A stretch of 64,000 nucleotides of DNA. Origin: Candidatus Eiseniibacteriota bacterium (lineage in GTDB: Bacteria > Eisenbacteria > RBG-16-71-46). The stretch is taken from positions 160,001 to 224,000 of the forward strand of contig JBGAML010000005.1 of the NCBI GenBank assembly GCA_044223005.1. Reading direction: 5' to 3'. The stretch's first letter is position 1. Each line of letters starts with the position of its first letter. Shown one piece after another: positions 19,707-28,625 of this stretch. The position numbers and the translations under genes are program-made. Under the pieces are notes generated by a model that was given only the letters and a program-made list of their open reading frames with translations, was not told the origin of the DNA and ran no database searches.

Positions 19707-20758
19707 TGGGGGAGCGGCTGCCGGTCCTCACCTCCTTGCAGTCCCGCGGCAGCGCGCTCGCGCACCCGGAACACCAGCTCGGCCTGCTCGACGGCGCCGG
19801 CATGCCCGCGTTCGACGCGGTGCTCGAACGTCACGGGCTGGCGCCGCTCGACGTGGGGCGGATCGAGGTGCTGCAGGTCAACGTCGGCAAGCTCTGCAAC
19901 CAGGCTTGCGCGCACTGCCACGTGGACGCGGGCCCCGATCGTCGCGAGGTGATGTCGCACGAGACCGCGGAGCATGTGATCGAGGTGCTCCGCCGCCACC
20001 CCATCCCGACGCTCGACGTCACGGGTGGGGCACCGGAGCTGAACCCGAACTTCCGCTGGCTCGTGGGGCAGGCGCGCGCGCTCGGTCGCCACGTCATGGA
20101 TCGCTGCAACCTCACGGTGCTGCTCACCGCACCGCAGGCCGATCTCATCAACTTCCTCGCCGCGCACCGGGTGGAGATCGTGGCGTCACTGCCGTCCTTC
20201 CGCAGCGCCGGCACCGATGCGCAGCGCGGGGAGGGCGTGTTCGAGAAGAGCCTGGAGGCGCTGCGCCGGCTGAACGCGGTGGGCTACGGCCGTGGCGAAG
20301 GCCTGGTGCTGAACCTCGTGCACAACCCCGTGGGCGCGTTTCTGCCCGGCAACCAGGCCTCGATCGAGCGGGACTACCGGCGCGAACTCGAAAGCCGCCA
20401 CGGCATCGTGTTCGACCACCTCTACACGATCACGAACATGCCCATCAGCCGGTTCCTGGAGTACCTCGAACGGTCTGGAAACCTCAAACGTTACGCCGAT
20501 CTCCTCGTGCGTTCCTTCAACCCCGCCGCGGTCTCCGGCCTGATGTGCCGCACGATGCTCTCCGTGGGCTGGGACGGCCGGCTCTTCGACTGCGACTTCA
20601 ACCAGATGCTCGAGTTGGGCGTGTCGGACGGTGGGGCGGGCACGCTCGCGGAACTGCTCGCCACGGGGGTGCTGCGCCGGCGCGTGCGCACGGCGCGGCA
20701 CTGCTTCGGCTGCACTGCTGGCGCGGGCTCCTCCTGCGGCGGCGCGCTCGAGCGCTGA
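19706..20758 (+). CDS. arsS: Radical SAM protein, ArsS (arsenosugar biosynthesis)/DUF3641 family, Cys form
   Basis: LQVNVGKLCNQACAHCHVDAGP, DVTGGAPELNP, TITNMPISRF, LMCR...SVGWDG.LFDCDFNQML, HCFGCTAGAGSSCGG. Confidence 0.88.
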   Translation: MGERLPVLTSLQSRGSALAHPEHQLGLLDGAGMPAFDAVLERHGLAPLDVGRIEVLQVNVGKLCNQACAHCHVDAGPDRREVMSHETAEHVIEVLRRHPIPTLDVTGGAPELNPNFRWLVGQARALGRHVMDRCNLTVLLTAPQADLINFLAAHRVEIVASLPSFRSAGTDAQRGEGVFEKSLEALRRLNAVGYGRGEGLVLNLVHNPVGAFLPGNQASIERDYRRELESRHGIVFDHLYTITNMPISRFLEYLERSGNLKRYADLLVRSFNPAAVSGLMCRTMLSVGWDGRLFDCDFNQMLELGVSDGGAGTLAELLATGVLRRRVRTARHCFGCTAGAGSSCGGALER

Positions 20759-20962
20759 CGCCCGGGCGCGGCACACCACCGCGCGCACCGACGATCCTTC
20801 GCGAACCGCGCCCCGGGCGGGCCCGCGGCCGAACGCCGTCGGACCACGCGGCCTCTCGCGCCATCCGCCGTGCATCCTTCGCCGAGTCGGCGCATCCTTC
20901 CGAAGACCGATCGCTCCGTCCCGCCACCGACCGACGTTCCACCCGCCCGAAGGAGACCCCGT

Positions 20963-22228
20963 ATGCCCGGATTCGCCGACCGCCTGCGCGCACGCGCGCA
21001 CGAGCTGGGCGCCGGGCTGCCGCGGCCGTTCTGGGTGCTCTGGACGGGCATGCTCGTCAATCGTGCGGGCAGCTTCGTGGTCACGTACCTGGCGATCTAC
21101 GTGGTGCAGGTGCTGCACGCGTCGATCGCGACGGCGGGCCTCGTCGTGTCCGCCTACGGCGCGGGGGCCGCGGTCGCGAGCCCGCTCGGCGGCTACTTCG
21201 CCGACCACCTCGGCCGGCGGAAGACGATCCTCGGCGCGCTGACCCTCGGCGGGCTCGGCATGATCACGCTCGGATTCCTGCCGCGCATCGAGTGGATGGC
21301 GCCCGCGTGCTTCGTGGTCGGCGCGGTGGGCGAGGCCTACCGGCCGGCGATGCAGGCGGCAGTCGCGGACCTGGTCCCGCCCGCGGACCGGCTGCGGGCG
21401 TTCGGGCTCGTCTACTGGGTCATCAACCTCGGCTTCTCGATCGGCCTCATGGTGGGCGGCCTGCTCTCGAGCGTCTCGTTCACGCTGCTGTTCGTGGGCG
21501 ACGGGCTCACCAGCCTGGCGTTCGCGCTGCTGGTGTGGCGGGCCGTGCCCGAAACGCGGCCACAGCTCGCGACGGACGCGGGCCCGCGCCCGGGACTCGT
21601 GCACGGCTTCTTCGCGCCCTATCGCGATGCGCCGTTCGCGGCGTTCGTCGGACTCTCGGCGCTCACGCTGGTCGTGTTCATGCAGCACGTGACGAGCCTG
21701 CCGCTCGACATGACGGCGCACGGGCTCTCGCGCGCCGCGGTCGGACCGGTGATCGCGATCAACGGCATCCTGATCGTGTTCACGCAGCCCTTCCTCGCCG
21801 CGCGGCTCACGCGCCTGCCGCGCTCGGCGGTGCTCGCGGCGGGCGTGACGCTGATCGGACTCGGCTTCGGCACCTACGCGTTCGCGCACTCGGCACCGCT
21901 CTACGCGCTGGGTGTCGTGATCTGGACCGTGGGCGAGATGGGCGTGCTGCCGCTCGGCATCGCGGTCGTCGCCGACGTGGCGCGGCCCGAGATGCGCGGC
22001 CGCTACCAGGGCGCGTACGGCATCAGCTTCGGGGTCGCGTACTTCCTCGCGCCGCTCGTGGGCACCGCGGTGATGCAGCGCTGGGGGGCGCCGGTGCTGT
22101 GGCTCGGCGCGCTCGGCGTGGCGCTGCTCGTCGCGTGCGGCCACCTGCTGCTCGCCCCGGCGCTGCAGCGACTGCGTGCCGAGCGGGCGGCCGAGAGCGC
22201 GCCGGCGGTGACGGCCGCCGCGAGCTGA
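20963..22228 (+). CDS. MFS transporter (multidrug-efflux-like)
   Basis: About 12 TM segments; motif A GYFADHLGRRKTI; SD AAGGAG. Confidence 0.9.
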   Translation: MPGFADRLRARAHELGAGLPRPFWVLWTGMLVNRAGSFVVTYLAIYVVQVLHASIATAGLVVSAYGAGAAVASPLGGYFADHLGRRKTILGALTLGGLGMITLGFLPRIEWMAPACFVVGAVGEAYRPAMQAAVADLVPPADRLRAFGLVYWVINLGFSIGLMVGGLLSSVSFTLLFVGDGLTSLAFALLVWRAVPETRPQLATDAGPRPGLVHGFFAPYRDAPFAAFVGLSALTLVVFMQHVTSLPLDMTAHGLSRAAVGPVIAINGILIVFTQPFLAARLTRLPRSAVLAAGVTLIGLGFGTYAFAHSAPLYALGVVIWTVGEMGVLPLGIAVVADVARPEMRGRYQGAYGISFGVAYFLAPLVGTAVMQRWGAPVLWLGALGVALLVACGHLLLAPALQRLRAERAAESAPAVTAAAS

Positions 22229-22230
22229 GT

Positions 22231-22527
22231 TCAGCCGCCGGCGACGGCGCCGACGATCATGAACGGTTCGCGGCCGTCGGCCACCGCGTCGGGGAGCGGC
22301 TCGTCGACCGCCGTGTGCGACCAGTCCTCGCGGCACGCGAAGAAGCGGACGAACGGCCGGCGCGCGAGCGTGCCGTGGTCGCGCACGGTGCCGCGCAGGA
22401 CGGGATAGCGGACTTCGAGCGCCTCGAGCACGGCGCGCACCGTGACCGGCGCCGGGACCTCGAGCGTCACTTCGGGACCCGTGCCCGCCAGGTTGCGCAG
22501 ATGGTAGGGAAGTTCCACCCGGATCAT
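22231..22527 (-). CDS. MoaD/ThiS-family ubiquitin-like protein
   Basis: MIRVELP..LR.LAG..., C-terminal GAVAGG. Confidence 0.88.
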   Translation of the reverse strand: MIRVELPYHLRNLAGTGPEVTLEVPAPVTVRAVLEALEVRYPVLRGTVRDHGTLARRPFVRFFACREDWSHTAVDEPLPDAVADGREPFMIVGAVAGG

Positions 22528-23639
22528 GGCAGCGTCTGCACCTCGACCGAGAGCACCGCGGGGAGGTCGTGCACGATCGCCTTCCAGTGGTCCCCCGAAT
22601 CGGCGGAGGCGTAGACCTGGCCGCCCGTCGTGCCGAAGTAGATGCCGCAGTCCTCGAGCGAGTCCACGGCCATCGCCTCGCGCAGCACGTTCACGTAGCA
22701 GTTCTCCTGCGGCAGGCCGTTCGTCAGCGCTTCCCACTCGTTTCCGCCCGTGCGGCTGCGGTAGACGCGCAGCTTGCCGTCGAGCGGGAAGTGCTCGGAG
22801 TCGCTCTTGATCGGGACCACGTACACCGTGTCGGGCTCGTGCGCGTGCACGTCGATCGGGAACCCGAAGTCGGTCGGCAGGTTCCCGCTCACCTCGCGCC
22901 ACGTTTCGCCGGCGTCGTCGGTACGCATGACGTCCCAGTGCTTCTGCATGAACAGCGTGCGCGGCCGCGAGGGGTGCATGGCGATCCGATGCACGCAGTG
23001 GCCGACCTCGGCCTCGGGCTCGGGCATGAAGTTGGAGACGAGCCCCTTGTTGATCGGCTTCCACGTCGCGCCCGCGTCGTCGCTGCGGAACGCGCCCGCC
23101 GCCGAGATCGCGATGAAGATGCGCCCCGGGTTCGCGCGGTCGAGCACGATCGTGTGCAGGCCCATGCCGCCCGCACCGGGCATCCAGTTCGGGCCCGAGC
23201 CGTGGCCACGCAGGCCGGAGAGCTCGGTCCACGTGGCGCCGCCGTCGGTGCTCCGGAAGAGCGCCGCGTCCTCGACGCCCGCGTAGACGGTGTTCGCGTC
23301 GGTGGGCGAAGGCTCGAAGTGCCACACGCGCTTGAACTCCCACGGGTGCGGCGTGCCGTCGTACCACTGGTGCGTGCCGGTGACGCCGTCGTACGTGAAC
23401 TGGTCGCCCACGGGCGTCCACGTGCGGCCGCCGTCGTCCGAGCGCTGCACCTTCTGGCCGAACCAGCCGCTCGTCTGCGAGGCCCACATGCGGTCGGGCG
23501 CGGCCGGCGAGCCCTTCACGTGGTAGATCTCCCAGCCGGCGAAATGCGGTCCGTCGACCTGCCAGCGCTCGCGCTTGCCGTCCGACGTGAGGATGAAGGC
23601 ACCCTTGCGCGTCCCGACCAGCACGCGTACGCGACTCAT
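22524..23639 (-). CDS. BNR/Asp-box beta-propeller protein (sialidase-like fold), cytoplasmic
   Basis: [10 protein letters not shown]; repeated [32 protein letters not shown]; no signal peptide; SD AAGGAG. Confidence 0.88.
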   Translation of the reverse strand: MSRVRVLVGTRKGAFILTSDGKRERWQVDGPHFAGWEIYHVKGSPAAPDRMWASQTSGWFGQKVQRSDDGGRTWTPVGDQFTYDGVTGTHQWYDGTPHPWEFKRVWHFEPSPTDANTVYAGVEDAALFRSTDGGATWTELSGLRGHGSGPNWMPGAGGMGLHTIVLDRANPGRIFIAISAAGAFRSDDAGATWKPINKGLVSNFMPEPEAEVGHCVHRIAMHPSRPRTLFMQKHWDVMRTDDAGETWREVSGNLPTDFGFPIDVHAHEPDTVYVVPIKSDSEHFPLDGKLRVYRSRTGGNEWEALTNGLPQENCYVNVLREAMAVDSLEDCGIYFGTTGGQVYASADSGDHWKAIVHDLPAVLSVEVQTLP

Positions 23640-23854
23640 GACTCGCTCCTTTCGCCCAGGCCCCAACCCGGCGCGCCATCGCACACCGGCGCGAGAGCGG
23701 CCAGCGTAGCCGAGCCGCGCGGTGTGCGCACCGGCGATCGCGACGAGCGGGGGAGCGGGCCGCGACCAGCGCGGGAACTCCTTGCCGCTGCCGCGCGACG
23801 CGTGTTACACGGGGACGCGTTCGCAGGACGCGCACCTTCACCCGGTGGTCCGAC

Positions 23855-25144
23855 ATGAACGCCGACGCACCCGTTCGCCGACCTTGGGTCTGGATTCCCA
23901 CGCTCTACCTCGCCGAGGGCCTGCCCTACGTCGTGGTGATGAGCGTGTCGGTCATCCTCTACAAGAAGGTGCTCGCGATCTCCAATACCGAGATCGCATT
24001 CTGGACGAGCGGCCTCTACCTGCCGTGGGTGATCAAGCCGCTCTGGTCGCCGTTCGTGGACCTGCTCGGCACGCGCCGCCGCTGGATCTGGATCGCGCAG
24101 TGGCTGATCGGCCTCGGCTTCGCCGGCATCGCGTTCGCGCTGCCGGGCGAGCATGCCTTCCGCGCGACCCTGGCGTTCTTCTGGCTGCTGGCGTTCGCCT
24201 CGGCCACGCACGACATCGCCGCCGACGGCTTCTACATGCTCGGCACCGACGAGCGCGAGCAGGCGCTGTTCGTCGGCGTGCGCAGCCTCTTCTACCGCAT
24301 CGCGACGATCGCGGGGCAGGGGCTGCTCGTCTGGCTCGCCGGCACGCTCGTCGACCGCGGCCACGAACCGCACCGCGCATGGACGGCGATCTTCGCCGGG
24401 CTCGCGGCGGCGTTCGGTCTGTTCGGCACGTGGCACCGGTTCGTGCTGCCGCGCCCCGAGACGGACCGGCCGGGCGACGCGCGGCGCGCGGCGGAGTTCG
24501 TGCGCGAGTTCCTGCGCACGTTCGGGTCGTTCTTCCGCAAGCCGGGCATCGGGCGCACGCTGCTCTTCCTGCTGCTCTTCCGTCTCGGCGAGGCGCAGCT
24601 GGTCAAGATGGTCTCGCCGTTCCTGCTCGACCCGCGCGAGCAGGGGGGGCTCGGGCTCAGCACGGCGCAGGTCGGCTCCTACTACGGCACGTTCGGGATC
24701 ATCGCGCTCACGATCGGCGGCATCGTCGGCGGCTGGGTCGCTTCGCGCCACGGGCTCAAGGCGTGGATCTGGCCCATGCTGTTCGCGATCCACCTGCCGG
24801 ACGCGGCGTTCATCTACCTCGCGTACGCCCAGCCCGTGAACACGGCGGTGATCCAAGCGTGCATCATGGTGGAGCAGTTCGGCTACGGCTTCGGGTTCAC
24901 CGCCTACCTGCTCTACATGCTCCAGGTCTCGCGCGGCGAGCACCAGACGGCGCACTACGCGATCTGCACGGGCTTCATGGCCATGGGCATGATGTTCCCG
25001 GGCATGTGGAGCGGCTGGCTGCAGGACCACATCGGCTACCGGCACTTCTTCGTCTGGGTGCTCGTGGCGACGATCCCGAGCTTCCTCGTCGTGTGGGGCC
25101 TGCCGGTCGAAGCGGGGCTCGGGCGCCGCAAGGCGTCGTCGTAG
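23855..25144 (+). CDS. ampG: AmpG-family muropeptide MFS permease
   Basis: [45 protein letters not shown]. Confidence 0.8.
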   Translation: MNADAPVRRPWVWIPTLYLAEGLPYVVVMSVSVILYKKVLAISNTEIAFWTSGLYLPWVIKPLWSPFVDLLGTRRRWIWIAQWLIGLGFAGIAFALPGEHAFRATLAFFWLLAFASATHDIAADGFYMLGTDEREQALFVGVRSLFYRIATIAGQGLLVWLAGTLVDRGHEPHRAWTAIFAGLAAAFGLFGTWHRFVLPRPETDRPGDARRAAEFVREFLRTFGSFFRKPGIGRTLLFLLLFRLGEAQLVKMVSPFLLDPREQGGLGLSTAQVGSYYGTFGIIALTIGGIVGGWVASRHGLKAWIWPMLFAIHLPDAAFIYLAYAQPVNTAVIQACIMVEQFGYGFGFTAYLLYMLQVSRGEHQTAHYAICTGFMAMGMMFPGMWSGWLQDHIGYRHFFVWVLVATIPSFLVVWGLPVEAGLGRRKASS

Positions 25145-25275
25145 AGGCGGTCGCTCCCGGGCGAAACGCGCGATTACCGCGTGACGCCGGGCCGAGCGGG
25201 GTGGTACGGTGCCTCATTCCCCGCGCGCATCGTGCGCGAGCCCGGGGGGCCACCCGCGAACCACGGCGGAACCGC

Positions 25276-26733
25276 TTGCAGAACTTCTCCTTCGCCGCAC
25301 CCACGGACGCCGGCACGCTCGCGCTGCCGTCGATCATCCAGGGCGGCATGGGTGTCGGTGTCTCGAATTGGAAGCTGGCCAACGCCGTCGCGAGCCTGCG
25401 TCAGCTCGGCGTCGTCTCCGGCACCGTGATCGACTCCGTGCTCGTGCGACGGCTGCAGGACGGCGATCCCGGCGGCGCGGTGCGTCGTGCCATGGAACAC
25501 TTCCCGATGCCGAACGTGAGCGCCGAGGCACTCCGGCGCTACTTCCGGCCCGAGGGACGTGAGCCGGGCGAACCCTACGCGATGCTGCCGATGTGCCAGC
25601 AGGTGATGAGCCAGGCGCGCGAGCAGCTCGCGATGCTGGCCTCGTTCGTCGAGGTGCACCTCGCGAAGGAAGGGCACGACGGACTCGTCGGCGTCAACCT
25701 CCTCACCAAGGTCCAGATCCCGAACCTCGCGCTCCTCTACGGGGCCATGCTCGCGGGCGTCGACTTCGTGCTGATGGGCGCGGGCATTCCGCGCGAGATT
25801 CCCGGCGTGCTCGACGCGTTCGCGGTGCACCGCCCCGCCGAGCTGAAGCTCGACCTCGCCGGTGCCGAGCCGGGCCGCGTCGAACTGCTGCGGCTCGATC
25901 CTGCGACGCATTGGGCGCCCCCGCCGGGCGAGCTCAAGCGGCCGCGGTTCCTGCCGATCGTCGCCAGCCACTCGCTCGCGACCGTGCTCGCGCGCAAGGC
26001 GAGCGGGCGCGTCGATGGCTTCGTGATCGAAGGTCCGACCGCCGGCGGCCACAACGCGCCGCCGCGCGGCGTCACGCCGTCCGATGCGACGCCCGAGTAC
26101 GGCCCGCGCGACGAAGTCGACCTGCGCAAGATCGCCGACCTCGGCCTGCCGTTCTGGCTGGCGGGAGGGACCGGCCACCCGGACCGCCTGCGCGAAGCGC
26201 GCGCGGCGGGCGCCACCGGGATCCAGGTCGGAACGCTGTTCGCCTACTGCGACGAATCCGGCATCGCGCCCGAGCTGAAGCGCGAAGTGCTTTCGCACGC
26301 CGCGCGGGGCGACGTGAGCGTGCGCACCGACTGGCGCGCGTCGCCGACCGGTTATCCGTTCAAGGTGGTCAGCTGGGGCGGCAACGGCGAAGCGGACGCC
26401 AAGCGGGAGCGCATCTGCGATCTCGGTTACCTGCGCGAGGCGTACGCGATGCCCGGCGGCCGCATCGGCTACCGCTGCGCGAGCGAGCCCGGCGACGCGT
26501 TCGTCGCCAAGGGCGGCGATCCGGCCGAACTCGCGGGGCGGAAGTGCCTCTGCAACGCCCTGCTCGCGACGATCGGGCACGCCCAGCCGCGGCCCGACGG
26601 TACGGTGGAGCCGCCGCTGCTCACGAGCGGCGACGACCTCGAGAAGATCGCCACGTTCCTGCAGGGGCGGACGAGCTATTCGGCCGCCGACGTCGTGTCG
26701 TACCTGCTCGGCGACGACGCCGCGCGGGCCTGA
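25276..26733 (+). CDS. Nitronate monooxygenase/FabK-like flavoprotein with Cys-rich C-terminus (start approximate)
   Basis: IIQGGMGVGVS, MGAGIP, EGPTAGGHNAP, LAGG, GIQVGTLF, SPTGYPFKV, CDLGYL, CASEP, CLCNAL. Confidence 0.85.
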   Translation: MQNFSFAAPTDAGTLALPSIIQGGMGVGVSNWKLANAVASLRQLGVVSGTVIDSVLVRRLQDGDPGGAVRRAMEHFPMPNVSAEALRRYFRPEGREPGEPYAMLPMCQQVMSQAREQLAMLASFVEVHLAKEGHDGLVGVNLLTKVQIPNLALLYGAMLAGVDFVLMGAGIPREIPGVLDAFAVHRPAELKLDLAGAEPGRVELLRLDPATHWAPPPGELKRPRFLPIVASHSLATVLARKASGRVDGFVIEGPTAGGHNAPPRGVTPSDATPEYGPRDEVDLRKIADLGLPFWLAGGTGHPDRLREARAAGATGIQVGTLFAYCDESGIAPELKREVLSHAARGDVSVRTDWRASPTGYPFKVVSWGGNGEADAKRERICDLGYLREAYAMPGGRIGYRCASEPGDAFVAKGGDPAELAGRKCLCNALLATIGHAQPRPDGTVEPPLLTSGDDLEKIATFLQGRTSYSAADVVSYLLGDDAARA

Positions 26734-26764
26734 CGCGCTACGCCCTGCTCCCGGGAGGGTGACC

Positions 26765-27199
26765 ATGGCCGCGACGCCGCAGAACTACGCCAACCACGCC
26801 CGCTTCGAGCCGCTGTTCCACTTCGTCTGCTTCCCGCTGCTGCTCGCGTACTTCATCCACGCGACGCGGCGGTTCCTGCAGGTGCCGGACCTCGACCATT
26901 TCTTCCCGATGATCCTCGGGCTCGGCCTGCTGCTGCTGGCGTGGTACACGCGGGTCTTCGCGCTGACGGTCCAGGACCGCGTGATCCGGCTGGAATTGGC
27001 TCTGCGCGTGCAGCGCCTGGCGCCGGAACTCGCATCGCGCTTCGGGACGCTGACGCGCTCGCAGTTCACGGCGCTCCGCTTCGCCGGCGACGCCGAGTTC
27101 GCGGGCCTGCTGCGCGAGGCGCTGGATGGCAAGCTGCCGGACGGCCGGTCGATCAAGCGGCGCGTGCAGGACTGGCAGGCGGATCACCTGCGCGCCTGA
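26765..27199 (+). CDS. Small membrane protein, DUF6526-like
   Basis: QNYANHARF.PLFHFV..P, QDRVIRLE..LR, ALRFA.D.E, IKRRVQDWQADHLR. Confidence 0.7.
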   Translation: MAATPQNYANHARFEPLFHFVCFPLLLAYFIHATRRFLQVPDLDHFFPMILGLGLLLLAWYTRVFALTVQDRVIRLELALRVQRLAPELASRFGTLTRSQFTALRFAGDAEFAGLLREALDGKLPDGRSIKRRVQDWQADHLRA

Positions 27200-27242
27200 G
27201 CGCGGGGCGATGCGGCGCGCGGCGCGAGCGGCCGCGCGCGCG

Positions 27243-27611
27243 TCACTCGTGACTTTCCTCCGCGGCGGCTTCGAGCGCCTCGGGAGGGACCTGCGCCGCG
27301 ATCAGCTCGCGGGCGGCCTGCTCGTTCTCGCGTGCGACCACGACGCGCACCGCGTGCACGAGGTCGCCGTACTGGATCGGCCCGCCACCCCAGCCCCAGA
27401 CGCGCTCGCCGGCCGCGTTCTCGACGCCGCAGGGGATGCCTTCCGCCTCGAGCAGCGAGGTCACGACGGGAAGCAGGGTCGCGTCGCGCGTGGCGAGCAC
27501 GGGGACCACGTCTTCCATGGGATCCGGCGGCACGGGCGCGAGCACCGTTCCGCAGGCGGGACACGAGCTCGGCATGCCGTCGGCTTCGGCGCCACAGCGG
27601 GGACACTTCAT
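27243..27611 (-). CDS. Zinc-ribbon + DUF2007-like protein
   Basis: MKCPRCG..CPACG; SLLEAEGIPC; VRVVVARENEQAARELI; SD GGAGG. Confidence 0.75.
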   Translation of the reverse strand: MKCPRCGAEADGMPSSCPACGTVLAPVPPDPMEDVVPVLATRDATLLPVVTSLLEAEGIPCGVENAAGERVWGWGGGPIQYGDLVHAVRVVVARENEQAARELIAAQVPPEALEAAAEESHE

Positions 27612-27764
27612 GGTGACCTCCGTTCGCGCGCGGCCCGTTCGCCGCGCGGGCCCATCGTCGCACCGACCGGCACCGCCCGCCAGCGGCCGCGGCCCCGGGT
27701 GCGGCTCAACCGGCCGCGCCGGCGTGCCGACACCTTCCGGGTCCCCTTTCCACTCGGAGGCCGC

Positions 27765-28430
27765 ATGCCGAACCTGAACGGAAACCTGGTCGCGATCGGC
27801 GCCGGCGGGGTCGTGCTGCTGGTGCTGGCGGTCGGCCCGCTGTTCCGGCTGCTCATCGCCGCGACGATGGGCGGCGTGATCGGCGCCCGCGCGATCGCGC
27901 GACAGCCCGACGAGATCCACCTCGAACCGGCGCCCGCCGAGCCGTGGAGCACCAATCCCCACTGGGCCACCGACGTCGCGGCGCTCGAGGCGCGCGGCTG
28001 CGGGACGGCGGGGATCTACACCGTCCGCGAACTCCCCGGTGTCGTGGTGCGATTGATGGCGCAGTTCTCGGACGGCGTCGCCGTGGCGCTCTACGAACAT
28101 CCCGCGCGCGGGCCGTGGTTCGATCTCACGAGCCGCTTCGCCGACGACACGAGCTACACGATCACGTCGACGCCGCCGACCGGACTGGACCCGCAGCCGG
28201 GCCACGTGGTCGTCCACGCCGCGGGTACGACCGCCGAAGCGGCGTACGCGCGGCTGCTCGCCCAGCGGCCGCGGACGCCGCTGCGCGCCACCCCCGTGGC
28301 CGAGGTGGCGCAGGAGTTCGTGCGCGCATACGCCGAGAGCATCGCGTGGCGCAAGGCCCACGGCGTGAGCCGCCGCGAGGTCGTGAAGCTCGCCGTCCGC
28401 CGGCCGGGGACGGAAGACCGCGCGGCCTGA
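27765..28430 (+). CDS. Hypothetical membrane-anchored protein
   Basis: SD GGAGG; N-terminal hydrophobic segment; typical codon bias. Confidence 0.65.
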   Translation: MPNLNGNLVAIGAGGVVLLVLAVGPLFRLLIAATMGGVIGARAIARQPDEIHLEPAPAEPWSTNPHWATDVAALEARGCGTAGIYTVRELPGVVVRLMAQFSDGVAVALYEHPARGPWFDLTSRFADDTSYTITSTPPTGLDPQPGHVVVHAAGTTAEAAYARLLAQRPRTPLRATPVAEVAQEFVRAYAESIAWRKAHGVSRREVVKLAVRRPGTEDRAA

Positions 28431-28442
28431 GTCCCGGCGTTC

Positions 28443-28477
28443 GACGCCCCGGAGTGCCCCGCGCACTCCGGGGCGTC
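28443..28477 (+). terminator. 15-bp perfect hairpin (terminator-like, no U-tract)
   Basis: GACGCCCCGGAGTGC-cccgc-GCACTCCGGGGCGTC just after the stop at 28430. Confidence 0.55.
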
Positions 28478-28625
28478 TGCATTCGCGCTCGCGCCCCGGT
28501 CCACCGCGCTCGTCGGGCGAACGTCGCGCTCGCGTTGACGCGCCGGGGTCCCTGCGTTCCACTCGGCGCCCGGCGCGCGACCGCGCCTGCCCGCGACCAC
28601 CCGTCGAATCCGCGAGGACTCCCCG

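Noticed and set aside
19706..20758. Selenocysteine recoding in arsS or the YHS gene
   Set aside because: The relevant positions are TGC (Cys); no in-frame TGA before the natural ends.
23780..23809. Additional TGTAAC hexamers (23804-23809 minus; 36592-36597 plus) as ECF promoters
   Set aside because: Neither has GCAC at 16-nt spacing, so they were not counted in the regulon.
23722..25275. N-terminal half of the 1003-aa ORF 23722-26733 as a fusion
   Set aside because: Off-frame shadow of ampG; recognisable protein begins only near 25276.
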